Below, in pieces: positions 10,801-21,449 of a stretch of DNA of 64,000 nt. Position numbers and translations under genes: made by a program. The stretch lies in NCBI GenBank assembly GCA_964106645.2, contig OZ067040.1; one strand, written 5' to 3'. Source of the stretch: Podarcis pityusensis (Eukaryota). The number at the start of each line of letters is the position of its first letter. Within the stretch, counting starts at the first letter, position 1. The notes beneath the pieces were generated by a model. It worked only from the letters and a program-made list of their open reading frames with translations. It was not told the origin of the DNA and searched no databases.

Positions 10801-12603
10801 TATTGTTTCAAGTTCAGATGGTTTCTTGCTAACATCTTCTAAAAGAGAAACACAATCTACTGACAACTGCACTGCTAATTCTTTATCATCATCAGATTTA
10901 AAATCTGTTGTCTCAGGGGCATTTACTGAAAAATCATTGGATTCATATTTTAATATTGACTGTGCATCTGAAAGAGAGATTTTCTTTGATTCCCTCTCAA
11001 CACCAGTTTTAAAGTTTTCTTCATAGGCTGCCAAAAGTTTCTCAACTTCAGCATCATCTGTTTCTGGGGTCTTGTCATTTAAAGGGATTTTGCTAACATC
11101 TGAGGTACTGTGTATGTTTTGTAGAGTTTCTTGTGTGACAGGCTTGCTGCTTGGTTTGGGATCTGCCAGCTGGTCTGTTTTTTTCTGTCTCTCAACAGGA
11201 TTTGATTTAATTTTATCTGAAGTTGCAGAGTTCACAGACTTGCTATCAGCTGGACTCCTCCCACTGCGGTTGTAGAAAATATCGTATAGATCTTTGGCAT
11301 TACCTGCTGCTAGGCAAGAGTTCTTTTTCTCCAGTTTTTTAACATGGTCTCTGAAAATAGTTGGTGGTGGCAAAGGATGGGGACACATGGGCACTGCCAG
11401 TATGTTTTTATCATCCTCAGACACACCAGGAGCCATGTCATCTGCAAGGATGGTTGCTTGTTTGGGTGGCACTGCGGGCGGAGGTGGGAATGCCATTGCT
11501 GGTGGTACTGGCAGTGCTACTGACAGCGGTGGTCCTGATGGCAGTAGAGGAGGACGCCGATTAGGTCTCTCAAAAATACCCAATCTTGTAATTTGCTCCT
11601 TTATCACAGCAGCAAGTTCCCGTGCCTTTGCTTGTGCTTTTGCCACAACATTTGCTTGCTCCTGTGCCTTTGCTGCTTGTTCCTGTGCTATTGCTGCAGT
11701 CGCCTTTGCATGTTCCGCAGCTTTTGCATGTTCTACAGCCCGGGACACAGCTTCATGATCAGGTTCCTCTGTTTGTTCTGGTACCGTTGCATTCTCCTGT
11801 GAACCCTTTAAAACTACTACTTCTCCCCCAAATGCTTTCGAAATAATATCAGGAGGTAGAACAAGTTCTGGATTACCCTCTTTTACAACAGGAAGTGGCT
11901 TGGTGCTAGCACCAGAGGATTTTATGGACAAGAAAGTATTCAAAGGTGCAGGCTTGCTTACTGTTGCAGTTGCAGACTTTCTGAGAACCATCATGGGGGC
12001 TGGTAAATTGGGCCTGATTTTTGCTTGTGATGATGTCGAAACAACTGGTGTCCAGGGACTAGTGTGTGGGATAACAGTTTTCCCAGACAATTTAATTGCA
12101 ATTGGCTTTGAATTTGGTTTTCCAGATTGTGACTTGCTTTCTTTATCTTTACTTTCCTCAAAGCTCTCCTCCTTAGAGGCAGTTACATCTTTGCCTTGAT
12201 TTTTTTCATCTCTCTCAGTCTTCCTCCAGCTGAACTTTCCAAAAGATGTCATTCTTGACTCCTTTGGTGGTTCCTCTTTTTTCCCTTCCTTCTTTTCAAC
12301 CTCTTTGTCATCTTTTTTCAATTTAAGCTTAACCCCACATTTCTGGCCATTAGAAACTCCTTTCCTTTTATTAGACTCATTTTCATTATCCCCATCTCCT
12401 AGTTCTTTGGAATTCTTTGGTTCCTCTTTACTTTTTCGTTCCTCTTTCCTTGCCACTTTCACTGCTTTTTCATCTCTCTCTTCTTTTTGCTTTTCACACA
12501 GCTTCCGTTTCAACCGGCGTTCTGTTTCTTGAATCACAGACAATCCTGCCTGACGGTCAATGTTCCTTCTCTCTTCATAGAGTGGATTTTCATCCACATA
12601 TTT
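7876..12603 (-). CDS. ZNF318: ZNF318 coding exon 10 (4.7-kb terminal exon, largely low complexity and acidic)
   Basis: KYVDENPLYEERRNIDRQAGL...PIAIKLSGKT...AGNAKDLYDIFY; open reading frame to TGA at 7876. Confidence 0.93.
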   Translation of the reverse strand, partial: KYVDENPLYEERRNIDRQAGLSVIQETERRLKRKLCEKQKEERDEKAVKVARKEERKSKEEPKNSKELGDGDNENESNKRKGVSNGQKCGVKLKLKKDDKEVEKKEGKKEEPPKESRMTSFGKFSWRKTERDEKNQGKDVTASKEESFEESKDKESKSQSGKPNSKPIAIKLSGKTVIPHTSPWTPVVSTSSQAKIRPNLPAPMMVLRKSATATVSKPAPLNTFLSIKSSGASTKPLPVVKEGNPELVLPPDIISKAFGGEVVVLKGSQENATVPEQTEEPDHEAVSRAVEHAKAAEHAKATAAIAQEQAAKAQEQANVVAKAQAKARELAAVIKEQITRLGIFERPNRRPPLLPSGPPLSVALPVPPAMAFPPPPAVPPKQATILADDMAPGVSEDDKNILAVPMCPHPLPPPTIFRDHVKKLEKKNSCLAAGNAKDLYDIFYNRSGRSPADSKSVNSATSDKIKSNPVERQKKTDQLADPKPSSKPVTQETLQNIHSTSDVSKIPLNDKTPETDDAEVEKLLAAYEENFKTGVERESKKISLSDAQSILKYESNDFSVNAPETTDFKSDDDKELAVQLSVDCVSLLEDVSKKPSELETIELAMQLPESNASPLEELYKNSSVCEAAEVKSHDDDDELTMQLSLKPGTKKPSELGTAEFVLQLPESSVPSLDDFSNKPADLVTTDFKSDDDKELAMKLSANHVDLLEDVSKKPSELETAELAMQLPESNASPLEELHKNPSVCEEAVFKSLDDKESAMQLSQEHDNKKSSELETAEFAMRLPESSVPPLDDVTNKPTGLKTTDVKSPDDKELTVQLSESSVFPLDDFSNKPADFETTDFKFPDDKELGLHMSEDHVALLKEHDVSKKRSEFKTAGLAMQLPESNTSLEEFCQNSLECRAAEYKSPDDKELALQLSEDQEALLKDVSNKPLGHEMAEFKFPGKKELIMQMAENETDFTAEDVGVASGTDISDELQDQQKMDKSKLNKISKSLEMKAYLTSLGERDVGGEHTEFAGHQFVVSQEHESRLFETQIDTPKGEGHTITEDKQLDDSSESTISMWVSEVRVQSPLAWEPASSSKVNKENPQIAMIDQSSNKEPLLDLKWGNVGLDRLESAVSDESPQTSEVQNIDPGLKPLNTDEFNNSCINNEQKLLTSSQPNDDENCNVVGVPVSEEMSNECLVNVTMISSTLGKHEEISQHPLSCETKDSQAKGAETLGSMSSANDELHSSAELMFIKNNGCGPSESDLSLNDNAERGSVETYSTHFSSVQPEMVQEPLGALPTEISVEHLGEVALTFTDMNTGILDTSAAGDLDLNSTYSELNFDHSTTPSPKSGEIKPNDSPRLKPSLEIETINFSLGDIEVEREHLGILPSEILNEDIVGSPKLETISSISLGSNKTRELGIEQPTIEPEMIAFVELASGEEEDKFCSLVSDVIVPDIVSPASNGSTAGPSMSLIEMQDMPPISMVLQSDVSRDSTSDMPPLSSDEKNVQCQATECKESFLLDLQKTSVEVGGSGDNELYIVKNEMQASARELNKTDEVENNDSRYEINSKLTSEVTESSAEYLVSSDNIDPDV

Positions 12604-15600
12604 CTGTGAGGACAAGGAAAAGTTTCAGTGCTGTTACTTAATGTGAAATTTCAGTAGTGGTACAGGTTTGTCTTCCTTAATATTTTATCTTCCACATCAC
12701 CACCCCACTACTAATTGTACTTGCTTAGAAATGCAAGAGGGAGGAGAAAGAGTGGTTTTACTAGACAATTATTATTCAGAATATCTACATTAGCAAAGCT
12801 CAGTCGGTATAGCATGAGACACTCTCAGGTTCATAGGTTCGAGCCCCACTGGGCAAAAGATTCCTGCGTTGCAGGGGGCTGAACTAGATGGCCCTTGTTG
12901 TCCCTTCCAACTCTACACTTTTATATATAAAGTAATATGAGAAAAGCTTTATTCCAATGAGGTGACAAAACTGCAGCATAAAACAAATCTAGTACAGTAA
13001 AATTTCAGTAACACACAACCAAAGTGTCAACTGGGAACACAGTCCAACAATATTATCTACAGTGACTCTGAAAGATTAAAAGTCCTTCCCAGCTCTACCT
13101 GGAGATGCCAGGGACAGAATTCAGAAGCTTTTGCATATTAAGTATATGTCATGCCACTTAGCTATAGCTTCTCCTCCCTTTTACAACAGAAGACTTTAAG
13201 ACTTCAATAAGATGTCTTTTAAACATTTTTATTCAAAACAAATACTCCAGGTACCTTATATTTCTCGTTATGTGGATTATTTTTCACATGTTGTTCTGCT
13301 GATATCTGATCTCCAAAAAATTCTTGGCACAGCTGACAGTAATATCCAGTGACCGGGATTAGAAATTCAGAACCTGAAATGCCGCCCAAAACAATCAATT
13401 ACAGAAATAAGATAATAAGACACACTACAGATTTGAACAACAAAAAATCCAAACAAAACACTAAAAGTACACAAAAAAGCCCTACAATTGAAATGAGCCA
13501 GTTAACCATGGATTCCACTTGAAACAAACTGATCTGAAGAATGGAAACCTACACTTGTTCAACAATTCTTATCACTGTATACTTTGCTTATCATTCAAAT
13601 ACAAATTTATGTTGCATTTCAATCCCCCACTAATTCAGTAACAGAGCAATTCATGCAAACAAAATAGCTGACAGACATTTACTTGGAAGTGACAGTCTTT
13701 TGTTGACACTAATAAGACAAAACATTTCTTGGCAGTAAGGTGAACAATCTGGCCCTCCTAAACACCACTTAAACTATAAAAAACAACTTACCTTTAGCAG
13801 GAACTGGTATCTTGTCAATGCGTTTTGTAAGGTCTTGCTTTGTTTCAGTTTGAGTCTTCAAATCCCAAGGTCTGTTATATGGATCCAAGGTCTATTTACA
13901 ATGACAAAAGAAATATTAAAATGAGGTCTGCTTTCCTGCCAAATGCTAAAAGCACTGAGGAAAAACAGAACTATACATACCAAATGGGCATGTACTGAAC
14001 TGTCTCACATATTGACACTCAAAATGAAGCTGGGATTCAAATAGTTACCCTCAGACATTGAATATGTAAGAAAATATAAAAGTTGTTCTGTTTGATGTTT
14101 AAAATATTGGTATATTAATTTTGGGTTCAAAAAAACAGAGGGCGTCTTATACGTGGAAAAATATAGTGACAAACCATACCAAAAAGATTAGGAATAAGAA
14201 CTTATTCCAAACTGTATTTTCTAAAAGGAAAGTTGTTTGGCATGTAGTTCTTTGCTTTCTACAAAACATTATTTTACAACTTGGAAGAGCAAATTAAAAC
14301 TACTTAATGAAAACCTGATAGCACACACCTGCCTGTGCTTCTTATTATGCATATGTGTGAAGAAATCAAACATGGTCCCACAGATGGTATTGCAGTCCTT
14401 GCACCAGTGGTTTCCCGTGTCATAATAGTCATAAATATTGGTTTCCTGGGAATGCTGTTTGGATGGCTGAAAATGAGGTTCTGTAGACTTGGGGCTCCTG
14501 CACCCAGGTTTGTCATTATTTTTTAAATCCTAAATTGGAAAAAAATGAAATATTACTAACTGTGGAATGACAGCCAGTGCCTCAAAACTAGCCTTTAGTA
14601 GAAACCACACAAAATATACATATATGTAACTATATATCACCTGCTTGTCAATGCCCAGGATAATTCCACCATTTCAGTGAGCAGGCACTGCCGACTCAGA
14701 TGCTGTTCAGTCAACAGGAAAGAACTTCCAACGAGACTCAAGCATGTTGCCAAGGTTGCGGGTACTAAGCAATCAAGGGATGACATCCCATGGAGTACAC
14801 GGTGCATGTGTGCAGTATGCATGCTTAAGTACAAAATACTTAAGTACAAAATACCCAGCAACTCCCAATGAATTTGTAAATTCTCAAAAACACTTATAAG
14901 TCTTTGAAAAAGCCAGTCACTTTGCAAACTCTCTCTATATGAAACGAAATAAAATAAACACACACTTCTTCAGATACACGAAAGCTCATACCAATAACCA
15001 ACCTAGTTGGTCTCTAAGGTGCTACTGGAAGGAATTTATTTATTTATTTGTTTTGTTTTGTTTCGACTATGGCAGACCGACACGGCTACCTACCTGCAAC
15101 TACTTTATATGATGCACTCTATATTGTGGCAAAACACAAGTGCTCAGGTTCTAAGGTTCTAAGCTGTCAATGAAGAAAGCTTGCAGCAGAAGAATCTGGT
15201 CTGTCTCAAATCTTGAATTACTGACTCTGCTATTGCATTTAACATACATGAGAAATGGTGTCTATTATGTCATGCTGTTTGACTCTTTGATCCCCTAGAG
15301 TATAATATACGTGATAAAACTATTTAAAAGTCCACATCCCTAGGAAAGCCTCCCTAAACGAGTTGTAAAGAGTTGCAGGGGAAACATAAATTGCTCTTCC
15401 AACCTATTGTAAGAACTGACTGGATCAGGAGACCAGAGTACCAACATAAGACCCTTGTATTCCAATCAAGATACTGTAGTTTTTTCTTCCAAAAATGTTT
15501 GTCAGTCAGTGAAGAAAAGCATTATGTTTAATGTTGTGTGCTCATATCCTCTAGCTCCCTTCTTTGAGAATCATAAAGAATGTTTTGGCATTATATAGAC

Positions 15601-18600
15601 ATCACCCTCCTCTTCCACTGATCTGCTTGCTCCCACAAATAATGGGCTGTGAGCTCTAACAACTGATTTGTCTTTATATGATTATAAGAGCAGCTATGCT
15701 GGGATGAAGCCCATCTAGTCTAGCATTCTGTCTGTGGGAAGCCTACAAGCAGGGTCTAGTCGGCAAAGCAGACTTAAGGAGATCACATATCCAGTGTTTT
15801 CCATAGTGTTTCACTTTCAGAAGAGCTAGGAAATTTCTCTCTCATAGTTTCCAAGTTAATGAGTAGCAGAAGGGAAAATCCATCCTGATGCAAGCAGGCT
15901 GTTAGGTTTTGGAAGGCAAACCAAATTAGAATTGCATTCCCACTCAATTTTCTTGGGGGTTTTTCTGTCATTTTTGCAGAGACTGTGTCACTCCACACTT
16001 GTGATCAACAAGAAAAAACATGCATGTCTCCTTCCCGAATAATTATCAGATTCTTTACATCAAACCAGAAAATGCCACAATGATTTCTTCCCTTTTTAAA
16101 ATGTTTATTAAAGAAAATGAAGGCTATTGCAGGAGCATAAAAATCTGCCTGAGGTAGAGAATTTCAAGTCAAAAGGTAATCATAGCAAGTCAAAAGGTAA
16201 TCATAGCATTATTTAAGACAGAAAAAAACAGGAATGAATCATATTCAGCACCACATAGACTTCTCTCTTTATGCACTTCCTCAGGCTGAAGGGGAGAAAA
16301 AAAATCAACATTATATTATGGGTGTTGTGTTTTTAGCAATTTCTATTAATTCAATTTATGTAAGTTTTTCAAAACTGGACCACACAGAAAGCTATTTGAA
16401 ATTAAAATTAGAAGCTCCATGAAATAATCAACATTCATGGTCCTTCAGAAACTACCTGATAACTGTTGTGCATAAACATTCTGTTTTTTTTCTACTCTGC
16501 AGAATGTCATCAGATTATTCTAACACCAGCCTCCTCTTAAAATCATTCCCTCCACTCCTGGACCAGTGGAAAGGATTCAGGAAAGACTATTACCTCCCTG
16601 TCTTAGGCCTTTCTATCACCAACTTCCCTGTGGGAAGGATCTTGATTATTATTATTTTTGTTGATATTGTTTATTGTATTTTTTACGAATTTAATGTTAC
16701 TTTTAAGTCACATGGTAAGAATGTGTGACCCCCAAAGTCAGGATACTAATAATAAATAAAAATTATGTCAAACACAAGTGACAGCTTAACAAAGTTTGAA
16801 CTTAATATGTAAGAAGCAGGTGGCAAGAAATTCTTCCAAACACCCTGTTTTTACAAAAAGTGAGAACATCAGTTAGAATCAGCACTTAGAATTTTACCTT
16901 GACTGAGTTGGAATTTCTCTCCTGACCTTTTGCATTTTCTGACTTGTTTTTTTCTGATGAGTCCTTATTTTCTGAAGATTGCTTCCGGGACTTCTCAAAT
17001 ATATTAATACCCAGGATCTGAGCTACTTTGTCAAGCTCAGACTGTTTCTTCTCTGCAGCCTCTGCATGTAACTTCAGCTGAGAAATCTCGTTCATAATGT
17101 TCTCCTGTAGTTTGTTCACTTCTATTAGCAAAGGGTCTTTGTGTCCATCCTTCTCCCTACGTTTCTTCCGCAGCATCTCCCCTGAGTCGGTCAAAGTAGT
17201 GGAGTAGGAAGCATAAGAAAATCATGTTAACACATGCAAAATTATTTTGTGTACCTAAAGGTGTCCCACACCATTCTGTTGGGCCCAAATGCCACAAAGT
17301 TCTGTCCACATTACTGAATGCAGAACTGGCAATAATCAATACAGGATCCACAATAATTAATTCCTGTTTAGGATAATATTTAGGGGTGCCTAAATTAGTA
17401 GAAGTAAAAATAACCCTACACTTGGTATCACCACTATAGAGCATCACAGGGAAAAATGAGGCATAAAATGTGAGAAAGCAGTACCTTGCTGTTTTGAAAG
17501 TCGTTCTAATTCAGTCTTGAGATAGTGCAGTTTCTTCTGTCGTGCTTCCTGTTCAGACCTCAACTTCTCTCTTTCCTCCATTACCTAGAAAGTTAATGAA
17601 GGAAACAAAGGTATAAAAATACCCTCTTTCATGGACCAGTCAAAGAAATACTGCAAAGACCACTGGGATGACACCCACTGCTTTTTCTTGAATTTGAGAA
17701 ATTCCAATAATTATGTTAAAGTAGCCTTGTAGATTAGTATCTGATGCAAATGCATCTCTGCTCAGAGGTTGCAGCTCATTTATTCTATGCTGTATCTATG
17801 TTGATTTTTCAATCAAAATAAAAGTTTAATAATTAAGTAACTTTTGCTTTTCTCTCAACTACAGAGGAAGTTCTTTGAAATGAGCGAAGGGGCTGCAGAT
17901 GGAAAATGTTATAAAAAAAGAATAATACACACCCCTTCCTGCTCACAGAAGCCTCCAGTCTGAAAGAATGTTCTGTCAAAGGAGGGACACAACTGGATGT
18001 TTAATTAAAATTAAGCACGCTTAAGCCCACTAAAATCAATGGGCTGCAGCACATACTAACTGTTGAAACGTAGCCATAATCTACTGCAATGTAATAATAT
18101 TAAGCATCCATTTTTGGAAATATTTGCCTGTTTTCCTGGTGAATTTAGTCTTGTACTAGTTACTATTCTAGAATCTTATTATTTAGTAATGTTTCTCTTC
18201 ACTCCTAAATGAAGACAACAAATGCACAAATGCAACTGAATATAAAAAGAAAACCTAAGAGAGATTTTTATGAGAACCTTGCTAATTTGGGATATTTCAC
18301 AGGACTGTAATCTGTTTCACTTTGTTTCAAGAATTTTAAATGCTACTTGAAACACACTAAGAAACTCAACTCAGTAATAAGATGTGTCCTTGTTTCAAGT
18401 GTTTATAAGGCATCTCCTGCCACAGATTAATTGAACAGTCAAATATTTTTAAACACTGGAGGCACATTCTATTCCAAAAATAGCAATCAAGATTGAAAAA
18501 TAAACACAGATACTCAGCATTCTTATGCCTTTAGATTGTGTGTTGTAAGAAACAAAATTATCAACATCATTAAAAATACTCACCTTTAGCTTCTGAGAAG

Positions 18601-21418
18601 CCCGATTTCTTTCATCGGATATTCTTTCTTTAACACTTTTAAGAAAAGGCTGAGAAAACTGAGGGGATAATTTTGAGTAAGTCGTAGCACTAGGGATTTG
18701 TACAAGCACAGAGTCATCTCTCTTGGTATCGGGAGTCCCTTTGCCTGTGGAAACCGTCTCAATAACTCGGAGGTTGGGTCGCGTGGGATTTGATGGTACT
18801 GTCAGTGAGACAAGCCCATGTACATCTGAAAGTGTGGGGTCAGCCTGCTGAGGAGCAGCATACATGGGCCAGCCAGATGCTGCATATGCCATATAGTGTC
18901 CATATGCATCATAACCAGGAGGGGGCATTGTGGGAGATGGATAGTTTTGTGGCAGTTGAGTTGCAGTGAATGGTGAAAAGCGAGAAACTCTATACTGGGA
19001 AACCGAAGTGGAAGTAGAAGACAAATTAGGAAGAGGTGGAGCCGATGGCATTAGAGATATTGGGGGAACAGACTGTTCTGGTATGGGAGTGGGATTATTT
19101 TGCCCTACAGTTATGCTTTCTGTGTGCTCAGAATTTGAAATAGAAGGTATATCTTTAGATGGCGGGAAAGAACCAGAGGGAGAGAGAGAGTGATGCTGCC
19201 TTGATTCTGGAGAATGAGTGTCACTACGACTGCGACGCCTCTCCCTAGATTCCAATTTATGAGACGTTATTGAATGACGATCAGGAGAACGAGATGCTTT
19301 CTTCCCATGGAGTCGTTCCTGAGTGCGGGCAGCAAGCTTACCAATTTCAGCTACCCCAATGTCAAGACCAATAGTTTTGAGCAAGTCATGAATTTTCTCA
19401 TACTCTGGTCTGGATTTTCCAGGTTTTACAGAGGGATTAGCAGGAGGTGGAGAACTTTCTTTCAGGCTTTCAGGTTCTTTAACAACACTAAGTGTTGGCT
19501 TTAGAGTAGCAGGGGAATTAATGCTAGAGTCATCTTCATCATCGCCATAAAGAAACTTCTCTTCATCCTCAATGTCAGGAAAGCCACGCCTTCTCTTTTC
19601 CTGAGCACTGGTAGAATCTGCCATCATACCAAGAATGCGTGAAAAGCCACTCCCATCCTGGCTGGCTCTTTCATGAGGAAGTAAGAAGTCATTGTGCCGG
19701 TCTTCAGGCTCTGATATGGACTCATGATAGTCTTTCTGTTTCAAAAAACTGCCGAAATTCTGTTCAAAGGGGGAAGTGTTTTGCTGTTGGCCAGAATTTA
19801 GTTTCCAATTATGCACACTCCCTTGAGACTCTTTATTCGTAGATTCTGCAACTGCACTTTTGTTGAACTGTTTAAGGAAATTCTCCACCTCAGATGAAAA
19901 AGGAGCAATGCTGCTATGCTTCTGCGAAGGAGGATGATCTGTAATAAGGGGAAGCTCTTTGACAGAGGCAGAACTGCTGGAAAAGACTTCAGGCTAAAAG
20001 AAAAAAGAAATAATTGTCATTTGTGAATACATTCAGTGATAACCAATAAAACAGACAAAACTTTGATACACCAGGATTGTAGCCAGTGGTTTAGAACAGT
20101 AACAGTCAACCGTAGGAAGGTGTGAAAGAGACACAGCAGTTCCTAAATATGCTATTATTTTGACATTTAAGATTCCACAACAGCAAGGGTGACCTGGGTA
20201 TTGTTCTGAGGGTATCTACTCCAGAGATTAAGTAAAATAAGATTTACTAAAAAGCAGCAAAGTGTAACTGACAGTTTAGTAAGGAGAGAAAAAAATATAG
20301 GCCAAACCTGCACAGAAGGATCGTCCACGCGTTTCTTCAAGATGGACTTTTTGGGCATTGCTGGTGCTTCATCCGGTCTATAGAGATACCGAGGTTCAGA
20401 AGACTGCAGTGGGTTGCTCCTGTCAGGGATCATATAACCATGTCCAGGCAATTCTCGACTCAAATTTCTGCTCAGCTCCTCTTCTCTTTTTCTCCTAGCA
20501 CTTTCAAGCTCGCGGAAATCCAGATATGGTGGGCTTGGGCTCCTACTAGGACTTCGCTTACGATAGTTTCGTGTCCCTGGCAGGAAACCCTGAGGCTCTA
20601 TGCTCATATCAATTAGTCTGTCGTCTCTGTCATATCGAGGACGTTTGGGCTCTCGCCCTCTATCCTCTGATGAATACGAGGACTTCCTAAGTAGTACACC
20701 ATCCCTATCAGTTTCCCTTGGGAGAGCCTGTAGATGGTCATAGTTCATGCTATAGTCTGATTGGTGGAGGAAAACATCCCTACTGTGAGAGTCCTCATTA
20801 TGTCTCATACTGAAAGGACTAGAAGCATTTTCCTCACAGGAGGGATATCGCTCAAGGCTTCGAGGACGTGAAAGGCCTCTGCTAAATATTGGACCATCAG
20901 CCAAGTCATCCCTGATAAGAGAGGCACATAAGTTACAACAAAGTCAGGAACTTGGAACAGCATCCCCTGAACTCAGAGAGGCGTAAAATGCATGATTCAT
21001 GCTTTGAAGCTAAGATGGCTGGTTCTGGAGATGCTGCATATTAAGCAATACCTTCACCACTCATTTTAGAGGTCTTGATATTTATGACCATGAGACATGC
21101 AACATAAACAGAGGAGAGCCAAGACCTGAGAGCACCTTGTTCCATGAGTGAAATTTTGCCCACAGAACTCTGGATCCAACCAAGTATCTTTATTTTATAC
21201 AGCTTTTAAGCATTAGCCTGGCAGCCAAAGGCAACAACGGGCTGCATGCAGGTGAGTGAGTAGGCTGGCAGAGGAGGGACAGAGCGTTCTGCTACTTCTG
21301 AGCCCAAGAGAGAAACCCAGAGGCTGCCAGAGGAGGAAAGCCTCCTCCTCTTGGCCCAGCACAGAAACACAGTGCTCTGTCCCTCCTTTGACCTGCAGGC
21401 TAGTAATTTTTGTAAGAT

Positions 21419-21449
<31 letters not shown>

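Noticed and set aside
9745-10920. CRISPR-like repeat array
   Set aside because: Eukaryotic coding exon; units are degenerate in-frame protein repeats without unique spacers.
7997-12641. Multiple plus-strand ORFs (up to 249 aa) opposite the ZNF318 last exon
   Set aside because: Ser/Leu/Phe-rich antisense shadows of a Glu/Lys/Asp-rich reading frame; no independent gene signals.
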